A DNA stretch of 64,000 nt. Origin: a virus (lineage: Duplodnaviria > Caudoviricetes). The notes beneath the pieces were generated by a model. It saw only the letters and a list, made by a program, of their open reading frames with translations. It had not been told where the DNA came from and searched no databases. The position numbers and the translations under genes were made by a program. The stretch is from IMG/VR virus record IMGVR_UViG_3300021400_000095, one strand, 5' to 3'. Of this stretch, positions 20,340 through 31,232 are shown in pieces. Numbering within the stretch: the first letter of the stretch is position 1; each line of letters opens with the position of its first letter.

Positions 20340-22113
20340 TTATATTATCAAATAAATAAACAAACACTTTTTCATTATTTATGTTGTTTTCTTTCTGCAC
20401 ATATTTTAATTTAATTGGTACATAAAGCCATTCTTTAACATCTTTTACAGATAAAGTACCATCTAATTTTGGTTCAACCAAATTTAATACAGCAGTGTTT
20501 CCAACAAGTTCAGGAGTTACTTTTGGGGTTTTTGGCCATAATATCATTGGTATTGTTCTGCCATAACCTGCATGATTAAACTCCACTTTCATATAAATAG
20601 TTTCTTCTACATTTTCAGCATTTAAAACAATATCAGGAAAATAATAAATATTAAATCCATCACTTGATTTTTCAGTAAAATATTCATCACAAACAGTAAA
20701 ATGACAATCCAATCTATAATTTGTTAATCCACTTGATGATAGTACAACATTTCCTGTATCCTGGCCATTCTTTGCAAGTTCATTTTTTGCCTTAATATAT
20801 TTTCCAAATAATTCACCTGTATCAACAAAAATTGTTGAATAATATAATAACTTTTGTGTTAAAGGGTCTTTTGAATCATAAAATGATAATCTGATAAAAC
20901 TTTTCTTTAATTTCATTTTTTGATTTTGTACATCATTATCAGTAAAACCAAGATAATAAAGCATATCAGAAATATTATTTTGTATTAAATTTGATGGTGT
21001 TGTATTACTATTCCAATATAAAGAATCATTATCAATATAATTCCAACCTTCTTTACTTAAATCCCTTACTCTGAAATGAAGATTATATGTAACACTTGTA
21101 AGTGGTTTATATTTACCTGATTCTATGTAATATGGAGCATATTTAACTTTTTCCATATCAATAACAGGTGCACTTTCAACAACAAGATTCTTAACCTCTT
21201 CAGTAAATGCATTATTAACATTTTGTTCCTGATATAAATGTGAAAAATCTTGTGTGGTTTCAAAACCAACAGGTATCCTCCAATAACCAGTCTCTTTTGC
21301 AATTGTAATTCTATTATATAATTCTACACCATCTTTTTCAGTAACTCTTATTGTCCCATTTTCAGTTATACTTGGGTCTTTGAAGAGAACACATGTTCCA
21401 TTATTTTTTACAAAATAAAATGCATTCCATTTATAACATAAAACATGCTCATGTAATGATTCTTCAGTAACACCTGATTTTAACTTACCAAAAATAACAT
21501 TACTATTTGTTTTAAATGGCTTATAATAATACATTGGCTCATTTTTCAAAATATTTTCTGGACTACAATTAAAATCAGTATCCATCCAATGATTAAATAA
21601 AAACTCACTTGGCTTTCTTGGTGATTTTACTTGATAAGACTTATTTTGGTCTGTTGTAAAATTAATTTCTTCCATTTGAAGGTCTGTTATCACATCTTCA
21701 AATTTCATAGTATCTGTATTATACCATTGAATTGTTGCACCTGAAGCAAAAACAATATCTTGTGCAAATATATTGGTATCATTATTAAAAACAAGTCTTG
21801 AATAACCTGTTATTTTATCTGAAATATAAGAAAAATCCAATGGAACTCTATTAATGGCATCCATCATGATTTCTGTATTATCATTAATAAAATTAACACC
21901 TGTAACTTTCTTTCTTACAACAAAATTCTCTATGTTTTCATCATTAGATTCAGCATATACAAATCTTTTAAAGACAATTGTATCACCTTCTCTTATATTA
22001 TTTCTACCATTAACTGTTATTATAAGGGTATTACCAGATTCTTTCATTGAAACTGGTAATATTGGTTCTTCCAAAACCATTTTATTATTTGTATTTATTT
22101 TCAATGTTTCCAT
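20314..22113 (-). CDS. structural protein, hypothetical
   Basis: ATG at 22113 overlaps the upstream TAA (TAATG coupling). Confidence 0.75.
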   Translation of the reverse strand: METLKINTNNKMVLEEPILPVSMKESGNTLIITVNGRNNIREGDTIVFKRFVYAESNDENIENFVVRKKVTGVNFINDNTEIMMDAINRVPLDFSYISDKITGYSRLVFNNDTNIFAQDIVFASGATIQWYNTDTMKFEDVITDLQMEEINFTTDQNKSYQVKSPRKPSEFLFNHWMDTDFNCSPENILKNEPMYYYKPFKTNSNVIFGKLKSGVTEESLHEHVLCYKWNAFYFVKNNGTCVLFKDPSITENGTIRVTEKDGVELYNRITIAKETGYWRIPVGFETTQDFSHLYQEQNVNNAFTEEVKNLVVESAPVIDMEKVKYAPYYIESGKYKPLTSVTYNLHFRVRDLSKEGWNYIDNDSLYWNSNTTPSNLIQNNISDMLYYLGFTDNDVQNQKMKLKKSFIRLSFYDSKDPLTQKLLYYSTIFVDTGELFGKYIKAKNELAKNGQDTGNVVLSSSGLTNYRLDCHFTVCDEYFTEKSSDGFNIYYFPDIVLNAENVEETIYMKVEFNHAGYGRTIPMILWPKTPKVTPELVGNTAVLNLVEPKLDGTLSVKDVKEWLYVPIKLKYVQKENNINNEKVFVYLFDNINGNNIQTN

Positions 22114-24647
22114 TAATAACAAATTGGTGTTAAATCTCCATTATTATATTCTATATTTTCAAAATCAACCTCATCCCAACCATAAATATTATATTGCCCC
22201 ATTGGATTCTTATCATTGCAATTCAATAAACCATATTTGTTAACAGGGTCTTGTCTCTTTAAGAACAAATTAACATTCTGCTCAATATAAAAACATCCAT
22301 TAGCAAATGGCCTATTATATAATAAACTATCATTAGCTAATTCTGATGGTGCAATTGTTTCTCTCCAAACAAAACTGTTTGAATTTGGTACATATGTTGC
22401 ATATTTTGGGACACCTTCATTGGTTTTTATAAAGTAATAACCTCTATTCCTTAACTGATTTTCATCAAGTCTTACATCACAATAAAAATCAATAGTGTTA
22501 CCTGAAATCTCATTTACAATTGCAAAATATGTTTCTTTTTTTACATTATCATATATTATAACATCATCATTTTTAATAAAATTATAGTTATTTAAGAATG
22601 TCATTTTGAAGCCATCTGTGGTTGCTGTATAACTATTTCCATTATACTTTAATAATGTACCAGAAACCTTTGTTATTGCATCTGATAACTCTCTTAATTG
22701 TATTCTTGTAAATGGGCTATAAAAATATCCTTCAGGTGCTAAATTTCCATTAAACTCAGTTCCATCCAATGTATTTAATTTAGTTTCAGCAGTGTCAAAA
22801 CCACCATTGTCATAATCATCACTTAATATTGTATCAAAAAATACTTCCTTGAATCTTTCATTTGTAGATTCTCTTTGTGCTGTATTAAATCTATATTGCA
22901 CTTTACTTAATATTGTTTCTGTGCAATTAACAGGATTATATTCTACAATATCACCATAAAATTCATCAGTACCTTCTATTGTAATATCATCTTCTATTGG
23001 TTTTGGTGTGATACCATTTGTTAAATTTCCAAATACCATAGCATTTCCACCTGTTAAATTTGATAAATTATGTAGTTTTCTTACATTATAATCAATAACA
23101 TTTTCATCCAATTCAATACCAGATGTTACCTTACCAAAACAATGTGAAAATTCAATATCTGAATCAGTATATATATTATTATCATACCATTTTTTATAAC
23201 CTTTATTCCTTTTAATAATAAGTAAATATATTTCAGTAAGAGGTCTTCCTCTATGGTCAACAAGTCCTTCAACATTTACATCATCAGTAAAAACAATTTG
23301 TGCAATTCTATCACCATATATGTTTTCACCATAAGCCAATTTATTAACAACACTTGTTAATTCCTGACCATTATTTGTTATCTTTTTGAATTTTCTAAAA
23401 TAATATTCACAATCAACACCACTAACAGTTTTCTTGAAATAAAATGTTATATTTCCATTACCATTTTTTGGTTTAAGTTCACCATTTTCAATAATAAAAT
23501 CATGAGCAATATCATTATATGCAAATGAAAACCAATTGTCTTTTTCAGAACCATCAAATAATCCAACAGAAACAACCCTTACTTTATTATTTAATTCATT
23601 GACACTTCCATTAATTTCATAAGACAAGGAAATTAAACTATTTGGTAATAGGTTATGCTTAAGTAATGATTTTACCCTAATTAATGTTGTTCCACCAGGG
23701 GAAACATAAGGGGAATATTCCATTGTTTTAATACCCATATTTTCAGTACTTGCTGAAAAAACCTCCTTTAATTTAGCAGTATCCTTTTTAAATGGATAAA
23801 CAAGACAATAATCCCAGTTCTTTTCAATTCTATGTCTATATTTATTAACTTTTGGTATAAATGAATATAATGACCTATCAGGGTACAAATCAATTTGTTC
23901 ACAAGATTTGTTATTGTTCATTATCTTGTTAATTGTAATTTCATCAGAACTAGCATTTGGTATTGCAATATCTGTTTTGTTAGTAAATCCATACCAACCA
24001 TCTTTTTCAGTCAATTTCTCACTGAATGTTTCATACAGTGTTGATGTTACATTGTCATATTGATATATGTGCACATTTTGTAATGTTGGCCTTGGGTTTG
24101 AAAGAGAAACAACCTCCTGAACATTTATACCTTCATTACTCCTAACCAAATCAGCCAGTGTATTGAACTTTGATTTATCACTTTCATTGGTCTTATTCAC
24201 ATATATGAAATCATTTGTCCTCAATCTATGGTTATTAAAAATATCTAAACCACAATGATAAACATAAGGTTCTTTATTTGTAAACAACTCAGGATGTGTA
24301 TATTCAGTATCCCTAATTGCTTGCTTCCAATCCAAGTTAGTTGTGTTAATTGCATTTCCTTTATCTGACTGATTAAACACAAGCATACAGTTATCTGAAC
24401 CCTCATACCTAACAACCTCTGTTCTTGTATTGAACAAAACATTTGAGCATATTGGATTAACAGTTAAGATTACCCTATATTTATTACAATTGTCCCTTTC
24501 ATATGTATATAAATTGTTCAAATTCAATACATCATTAACATTATTATATGGGAACAACCTTGATGTTGATTTTAAATCAACATCAATAAAGTTGGTTCTG
24601 TTAACAGAATTAATGCTTCTATTTTTTTCTAAAAATACTTTTCTCAT
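22113..24647 (-). CDS. structural protein, hypothetical
   Basis: 844 aa ORF in the operon. Confidence 0.75.
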   Translation of the reverse strand: MRKVFLEKNRSINSVNRTNFIDVDLKSTSRLFPYNNVNDVLNLNNLYTYERDNCNKYRVILTVNPICSNVLFNTRTEVVRYEGSDNCMLVFNQSDKGNAINTTNLDWKQAIRDTEYTHPELFTNKEPYVYHCGLDIFNNHRLRTNDFIYVNKTNESDKSKFNTLADLVRSNEGINVQEVVSLSNPRPTLQNVHIYQYDNVTSTLYETFSEKLTEKDGWYGFTNKTDIAIPNASSDEITINKIMNNNKSCEQIDLYPDRSLYSFIPKVNKYRHRIEKNWDYCLVYPFKKDTAKLKEVFSASTENMGIKTMEYSPYVSPGGTTLIRVKSLLKHNLLPNSLISLSYEINGSVNELNNKVRVVSVGLFDGSEKDNWFSFAYNDIAHDFIIENGELKPKNGNGNITFYFKKTVSGVDCEYYFRKFKKITNNGQELTSVVNKLAYGENIYGDRIAQIVFTDDVNVEGLVDHRGRPLTEIYLLIIKRNKGYKKWYDNNIYTDSDIEFSHCFGKVTSGIELDENVIDYNVRKLHNLSNLTGGNAMVFGNLTNGITPKPIEDDITIEGTDEFYGDIVEYNPVNCTETILSKVQYRFNTAQRESTNERFKEVFFDTILSDDYDNGGFDTAETKLNTLDGTEFNGNLAPEGYFYSPFTRIQLRELSDAITKVSGTLLKYNGNSYTATTDGFKMTFLNNYNFIKNDDVIIYDNVKKETYFAIVNEISGNTIDFYCDVRLDENQLRNRGYYFIKTNEGVPKYATYVPNSNSFVWRETIAPSELANDSLLYNRPFANGCFYIEQNVNLFLKRQDPVNKYGLLNCNDKNPMGQYNIYGWDEVDFENIEYNNGDLTPICY

Positions 24648-24650
24648 GTT

Positions 24651-27600
24651 TTACTGTTGTTCTAATATACCATCAATTGTTACCAATTGTCTAATTAATG
24701 CAGCCTGTTGTTTTATATTAATAATAACATCACTAAGGCTTGCTTCATTAACAGGACTACATATAATTCTACCTGTCCTTTCTTCACCACTATTTTCTAA
24801 TACATGTGCTGCCAATGTTTTATTACCTGAACCAGAATATGTTGTCATATCCTGACCATTTTCACTGATTTTAAGCCATGAACTTGCACTGTTATCAACT
24901 GAAATTGTCCAACCAACATTTGAACTTATGCTTAATGCCACCATAGTATCTGCTGATGTTGCTGTTATTGTTGTTTCAGCAGCAGTACCATTAACAGTTA
25001 AATATGGATTTTCAGCACCACTATCATATTGATTTAACTTGGTAAACTTATCATAAACCCTTATTAAATCAGTACTACCCTTTACACCAACTATTTGTGT
25101 TGCCATTGCAATACAATAATAATCAGTATCAGGATAATACATACCCATTTCATTGAAATTCAACTTAATTTTAGGTATGTTTTCATTCAATATATAATTT
25201 CTTATTGCTTCAGTATAATCAGCAATGTTTACATTTGGTTTTAAAAGATAAGTTTCTTCAATGCTAACATCCCAATTTGATTTTAATTGTTGTTTTATTG
25301 ATTGTGAATAACCAGTAATACTTGCATATGTTATTCCTGGCAATACTAAAGACCTATTAATTCTACTATTTTCACTCACATTTATTGGTATTGTAAATGT
25401 TCCTGCAATACCACCAGCAAATTCAACAACAACCATAGAACCAGGCTTATTCAAAACAACACCTTGACCTCCAACATTGAATTTTGCATCTGAATTTTCA
25501 CCAAATCTACATAATAACAATGCCCTACCAACAACATCAGGGAACTGTGTCATTGGTTCTTGAATTGTATAATATACATAACCACTTTGAGCAATTGGAC
25601 ATGGGTATGTTGCTCTTGGTATCAAATAGTAATCATTTTCAATGTCATCAATATCATTATAATATATTGCTCTTGATGAGTCACCTACACTTGGTCTATA
25701 ACTGATGTTATTTGCAAATACTGCTGATATTTCATCACTTATATTCCATGGTATTGGTCTGTTTGGCTGCATTATTAACTCATCATAACCAGTATCTGCT
25801 GATGTTGGTGTATTTCCATTTATTGAATAAAAGAATGAATCATATGACATAATGCCATTTGTAATTTCACTCTTTCCACTAAAACTTGCAATAACACCAT
25901 TGACATCATTCATATTTGAAATATCTGTTGTGCCATTGGTTCTTGTTATTGTAAATTCATTTTCATTAAAAGTACAATTTCCAAATTTGTTATTATATGT
26001 TATACCATTATGGACCTTACCACCAAATGCATATCTTTCATCATTATATGCATATGTTGCATCCTGACTTGTTTGTTCTTCTTGTGAAAGTGATAATGTT
26101 AAATTAATCCAATCAACAATACCAACATTTGCATAGAATGGTCTATACATTACAGGATAATAGAATACTGGATATACTGAAACCCTATCACCAACATTTA
26201 AAGAATCTCCTTCATAATAATATGTTGTACCATTACCATTATTGGTTACATATAAATTACTACCATTTGGTGTTCTGATAATATATGCCATTCCATTTAA
26301 ACTTGTATTTGCAAATCTAATGGTATAATATGTATTACCACTTACCATATTTTGTGAAATAGATGAAATTGTTGTTTCAGTAAGTTTATTTGCAACAATT
26401 GCATCACCATTCATTGCCATTTCAGCAAATAACTTCCTACCATTTGTTAAACTTGTTGGACCATTTGTTGGAATAACTGAACTATCTGAAACAATTCCTG
26501 GTAATCTGTAATCATTTTCAAATGAATAACCATCAACTAAAATTGTATTTCCACTTTCATCTGTTGTTTCTGGCTGACCAAACAATGCAGTGTCCAATTG
26601 TCTGTTATATCTCTTATCTATTGAAAATACTTTGTTGGTAAAATATGCAGTATCATCATCTGTTTGTCTGAATAATGCAAATCTCTTTGCCCAGTTATCA
26701 ATGTTATTTCCACCAATATTATTCCACCATTCACCTGTTAAGGTACTTAATTTTGTACTATATGGTAAATAATAACTACCTAAGAACAAATCAATATTTT
26801 CAATACCCTCAATAAGATATGTGCCATATTCATAATATTTATTACATGCTGACCAAACATATACAGTATATCTTGTATCAGGCTTCCATAAATAAACAAT
26901 TAAGGTATTTCCTTCTGTTCTTGTCCTTGCTGCAATTGAAGAACCTGTTGTTATGCTAGCAATCTGTCTTCCATAATAATTTCCTGTTTCATTATCAACA
27001 ATTGTTACATTATTTAATGGAATTACTGAAGTGCTTCCAAAATTAATTTCATTAATTTTAATATAGCCAGAATTTGAAGTTTCAGCACTCTGTGAAACTG
27101 TTGTACCTGTTGCTCCATTTATCCTGAATGCAAAATTACTTGTTTCAATATCAGCATTAATTAAATTAGTACCAATTTCAACCACCTTAATAAGTTCAAC
27201 ACCACTATTATCTGTACCAATAAATGTATATGTACCAAATGGTACATTATTAAGTGATACTGAATATATACCATTATTAATATGTATTGCTGACTCAGGT
27301 ATTTCAGTACCATTATATGTAATTCTAAGGCCATCAACAGCATCAGTACCATTTATTTCAACATGTGCAACTAAATTACATGTATCCTCATCACTAACAT
27401 CAACCTTCATTGTTAATTTTCTTCTCAAAATGCTTTCACTTTCACATACTGAGAAAAATTGTTTGTTAAACTCATCAAATGCAGTTGCACCATTATGTAA
27501 ACCAAAATAAAAATAAAATGAATTTTCATATTGTGGCAATGATGCACCATGACTATTATCATAACTTAAAAATCTCTTCAATTGTTCTGTATTATCAAGT

Positions 27601-30600
27601 GAATTAAGACCTAATCTAAATTTATAATAGTCAACATTTCCATTTTCTAATGTCCTTGTATATGTTTCACCTGTTTCACTATTATCATAGTTGAAATCTT
27701 TAGGTATATTTCCACCAAGTGATGACCATTCATCAACAATTGTTAATTTTTTATTCCATTGGTTGTTAATATCATTTGATGTTGTTATTTCTTTATGTAA
27801 TGCACCATCAAAACCTGCATTTCTCATGTAAATGAAATCATAAATAGGATAACCTGTCTTGTCATCATATCTATTGTTGCATAATAATCTCTTTTGATTC
27901 ATGGTTGCAAACATTGTTCTGAAATCAACTGAATTAATTTCATCATTTGAAATCAAACCTGTTGGAACAAAATATCTATACTGTAAATCACCATTACTTT
28001 GCCCTCTCACTTCTTCCCTTCTTTGTGAAATATTTGAACCTGCCTCACATACTCTTTGTAAATTAATACATGATTTGATATTTGTTTCTGAATTAGTACA
28101 TGAAATACCTAAGAAATGTCCACCAGGCATATAAAGACTCTTATTAACATCATTACTCTTTACACCTTGACCAGGGCCTGTATAGTTCCAAGCAATACCT
28201 GCTGCTTCAGTAAGTGGTATAGTATCATCAAATATCTCTTCATTTATAGTTGCATCATTTGGGTTTTTAATTTCACCATAAATAATTGGATTTTGAGTTG
28301 TTGAATAATAATTTGTTGTTGCACTAAAACTTGGTTCAAGTTGTGTAACACCACTTTCAACAATTTTACCTGAAGATGTTGTAGTACAAATTGTGTTCTT
28401 ATCATCTGCATAAAGATAACCATCATCATCCATATTAGTTAAAGCCAAATTTGTTGGCATTACATATGATGAACTTGTTAAATATTTAAATGCCTGTGGA
28501 ACACCATATAAATTACATTCCAATAATGAGCCAAGAAGAACTATGTCATTGGCAAATAAAATGGTTTTCTTACCACTTTCCTTCCATTCACATGGTTTTA
28601 AATAATAAACATATTGTTGCTTTGATGTCTGATTTTCATGAACAATACCACCATTTCCACTTCCATTTCTCTTATTACCACCAAAAATTGGATATAGTTT
28701 TCTACCCCACTCCTTATGACATTTCTGCTTATTTGTTCTTTGGTTTTTACAACCATTAGGTGTACTGATTTTAGTATATGTACCATCATTATCCTTTACA
28801 TATGACAGTGCACATTGTTGTACATAAAATCTTGTTTTATTGAACATCTTTGTATTGTCCATACAGGCTTTAATTTTTGACTTGATTTTAATTAAACCAA
28901 ACAAAAATGTTCTTTTTACTCTGATAAATCTCATCCATCTTGGCATGTATATAACACCATTAACCCAATCATTATAAAAGTCAAAATTAATAACTTTATA
29001 TTCTTGGGCTAATGCCATTTCAATACAAGCCATTAAATAATCTGTTTTTGTTGTAATACAAACACTTTCATTGTCATCCCTATTTTGAAAGTCAACTGAA
29101 TTTTCATCTTGTGGACTATCCCCAAAATAATAGGCATTACCATCACTATCTTTACCTCTTCTATTACTTCCTCTGCCTGGGTTATTACCACCACCTCCAC
29201 TATGTTGTGAATTACCACCACCACTTGAAGTACTTGCTTGTCCAAAATCACCTGTTAAATACTCTAGTGTTTGTTTCAATATGTTTACAGTTGCTTTTGT
29301 TTTATTACCTGATAACCATTGAAAAAACCCTCTTGATTTAACTTCTTCATTAAAATTGTAATTAACAGGTGCAAAATACCAATTTTCCAAATCAGGGCAA
29401 AGTCCATCAGCAATTGTCAAATACCTATATGTTAACAATTTTTGTATAATATCTCTATCTGTACCACCAGTACCTACTAATCTTAATCTAACAATAAATT
29501 TAAATACATGTGCAATAATATTAAGTACACAGTTGATAATATAGACAACTCTAATATATGTCTTAATCAATGCACACAAGATAGTGAACATTAATGGAAG
29601 TCTAATTCTAATATTATTATATGGCATTGGATTATTATTACCATATATATTACAATGTTTAATACCTGTAAATCTTTCTGATTTCATTGTCCTACTTTTT
29701 TGAAATCTTGGAATATAGGATTTAACAGTATATACATTATTCCACATGAGGTCTCTAAATGAATCTTCCCTTGTATCACTACCAAATTCATAGTCATAAT
29801 TCTCATGTAATCTGACATTTGTACCTTCAATGTTTTGTGGATTATGTGGGACAAGAACCTTTGCTCTGAAGTAGTTATCAGTATTTTTTTCCATATCATG
29901 CATGGAAATTCTGAATCTAACCCTTGTTCTTGTTGGAATACCTTTGCTTGGGTCATCAGTAGGAACCATATTACCAAACTCATCAGTCATCATATAATCA
30001 AGGTTCATTGGAATCTGGTAACACCAAACACCATTTCCATCAATTAATTGTGTTCCTCTGATTTGGAATTCTTCAACACCACCACCAGGTGTTTTTCTAA
30101 TCATTTCAATTGTGCCTTCACCTGTGGTAAGTTCATCCATTGCACCCATTTGGTTTGTTGGTATACATTTTTTTGAAATACCATTTGATGAGTTATCTGC
30201 AACAAGTGAACCAATGAACACACATGTTGGCTCAAATTTAAATGCAACATTAATATCAGCCCTTGTAATACCAATTGTTTCACCATTATCAGCATTCCCC
30301 CAGAATGGAATAACATTAACAACTTGGTCTTGTCTAAAAATTTGACTTAAACTTTCAAGGTCAGTACTTTTCTTAAATTGGTTTGGATTTTCAAATTGTT
30401 CTATTGTATAACCCTTGTAAACAAAATCTCTTGGCCTCTGTGAAAGAATACCACAATCAGAAAGGTCAAGGTCCATATGTAATGTTTGTGTACCAACAGG
30501 AACACCTGCAATTATGTAATCACCAGAATTATTTGTTCTGGTTGTATATATATAATATTTGTCAAAAACTTCTATAAGAGCATCATTATCAAGAAGATAT

Positions 30601-30980
30601 GTTTTATTTGGAAAAGTACCAACAACTTGGTGGCAGTTATCTACTTTGTTATCAGGTAACAAATTATATTTAACACCTTCTCCATTTTTTGAAGATGTTG
30701 AAGTATATGGATAAAGGGCTGCAATTTCATATTCATCTTCATCAAAATCACCTTCAATAAAGACACTAATTTTAGCATTTGGAACACCAAAACTTTCATT
30801 TGCAAGAACTCTACCAGCAATAACACCATAATTTGAGGAATGAAGCCTGTAAACATCTTCAGACTTCATTTTAAGTGAAAGGATTTCAAATGAATCATAT
30901 GTTTGATTTAAATCAACTGTAACAAATGAATCACTATTTACCTGTGTTCTTATTCTTAAACTCTTATTAGTTTCTGACAT
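24651..30980 (-). CDS. very large baseplate/tail protein with C-terminal BACON domain
   Basis: 2109 aa; N-terminal beta-sandwich (TRTNNSGDYIIAGVPVGTQTLHMD), hydrophobic segment, Gly-rich linker, terminal SSNVGWTI...W...SGSG...EN..EERTG. Confidence 0.7.
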   Translation of the reverse strand: MSETNKSLRIRTQVNSDSFVTVDLNQTYDSFEILSLKMKSEDVYRLHSSNYGVIAGRVLANESFGVPNAKISVFIEGDFDEDEYEIAALYPYTSTSSKNGEGVKYNLLPDNKVDNCHQVVGTFPNKTYLLDNDALIEVFDKYYIYTTRTNNSGDYIIAGVPVGTQTLHMDLDLSDCGILSQRPRDFVYKGYTIEQFENPNQFKKSTDLESLSQIFRQDQVVNVIPFWGNADNGETIGITRADINVAFKFEPTCVFIGSLVADNSSNGISKKCIPTNQMGAMDELTTGEGTIEMIRKTPGGGVEEFQIRGTQLIDGNGVWCYQIPMNLDYMMTDEFGNMVPTDDPSKGIPTRTRVRFRISMHDMEKNTDNYFRAKVLVPHNPQNIEGTNVRLHENYDYEFGSDTREDSFRDLMWNNVYTVKSYIPRFQKSRTMKSERFTGIKHCNIYGNNNPMPYNNIRIRLPLMFTILCALIKTYIRVVYIINCVLNIIAHVFKFIVRLRLVGTGGTDRDIIQKLLTYRYLTIADGLCPDLENWYFAPVNYNFNEEVKSRGFFQWLSGNKTKATVNILKQTLEYLTGDFGQASTSSGGGNSQHSGGGGNNPGRGSNRRGKDSDGNAYYFGDSPQDENSVDFQNRDDNESVCITTKTDYLMACIEMALAQEYKVINFDFYNDWVNGVIYMPRWMRFIRVKRTFLFGLIKIKSKIKACMDNTKMFNKTRFYVQQCALSYVKDNDGTYTKISTPNGCKNQRTNKQKCHKEWGRKLYPIFGGNKRNGSGNGGIVHENQTSKQQYVYYLKPCEWKESGKKTILFANDIVLLGSLLECNLYGVPQAFKYLTSSSYVMPTNLALTNMDDDGYLYADDKNTICTTTSSGKIVESGVTQLEPSFSATTNYYSTTQNPIIYGEIKNPNDATINEEIFDDTIPLTEAAGIAWNYTGPGQGVKSNDVNKSLYMPGGHFLGISCTNSETNIKSCINLQRVCEAGSNISQRREEVRGQSNGDLQYRYFVPTGLISNDEINSVDFRTMFATMNQKRLLCNNRYDDKTGYPIYDFIYMRNAGFDGALHKEITTSNDINNQWNKKLTIVDEWSSLGGNIPKDFNYDNSETGETYTRTLENGNVDYYKFRLGLNSLDNTEQLKRFLSYDNSHGASLPQYENSFYFYFGLHNGATAFDEFNKQFFSVCESESILRRKLTMKVDVSDEDTCNLVAHVEINGTDAVDGLRITYNGTEIPESAIHINNGIYSVSLNNVPFGTYTFIGTDNSGVELIKVVEIGTNLINADIETSNFAFRINGATGTTVSQSAETSNSGYIKINEINFGSTSVIPLNNVTIVDNETGNYYGRQIASITTGSSIAARTRTEGNTLIVYLWKPDTRYTVYVWSACNKYYEYGTYLIEGIENIDLFLGSYYLPYSTKLSTLTGEWWNNIGGNNIDNWAKRFALFRQTDDDTAYFTNKVFSIDKRYNRQLDTALFGQPETTDESGNTILVDGYSFENDYRLPGIVSDSSVIPTNGPTSLTNGRKLFAEMAMNGDAIVANKLTETTISSISQNMVSGNTYYTIRFANTSLNGMAYIIRTPNGSNLYVTNNGNGTTYYYEGDSLNVGDRVSVYPVFYYPVMYRPFYANVGIVDWINLTLSLSQEEQTSQDATYAYNDERYAFGGKVHNGITYNNKFGNCTFNENEFTITRTNGTTDISNMNDVNGVIASFSGKSEITNGIMSYDSFFYSINGNTPTSADTGYDELIMQPNRPIPWNISDEISAVFANNISYRPSVGDSSRAIYYNDIDDIENDYYLIPRATYPCPIAQSGYVYYTIQEPMTQFPDVVGRALLLCRFGENSDAKFNVGGQGVVLNKPGSMVVVEFAGGIAGTFTIPINVSENSRINRSLVLPGITYASITGYSQSIKQQLKSNWDVSIEETYLLKPNVNIADYTEAIRNYILNENIPKIKLNFNEMGMYYPDTDYYCIAMATQIVGVKGSTDLIRVYDKFTKLNQYDSGAENPYLTVNGTAAETTITATSADTMVALSISSNVGWTISVDNSASSWLKISENGQDMTTYSGSGNKTLAAHVLENSGEERTGRIICSPVNEASLSDVIINIKQQAALIRQLVTIDGILEQQ

Positions 30981-30983
30981 AAA

Positions 30984-31229
30984 TTATACTGTTTTCAATC
31001 TTAATATTTTTTTCATGTTAATTGTTTTTTCCTTTTTAAAAATTGCAGTAAATAAAACATGAAAAACCATTATTGGTACTATTGGAATACAAACAATGTA
31101 AATAAGTAAATTTCTAAAAAATTCTTTAACTCTGAACCTTATTATACTTTTTTTTGATGTTGGAATTTTATGCCCATATTTTTTATGAAGATAATCAAGG
31201 TCAGCATTTACTTTACAAGCACAAGCCAT
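30984..31229 (-). CDS. small membrane protein
   Basis: 81 aa, N-terminal CxC, one TM helix. Confidence 0.65.
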   Translation of the reverse strand: MACACKVNADLDYLHKKYGHKIPTSKKSIIRFRVKEFFRNLLIYIVCIPIVPIMVFHVLFTAIFKKEKTINMKKILRLKTV

Positions 31230-31232
31230 ATA

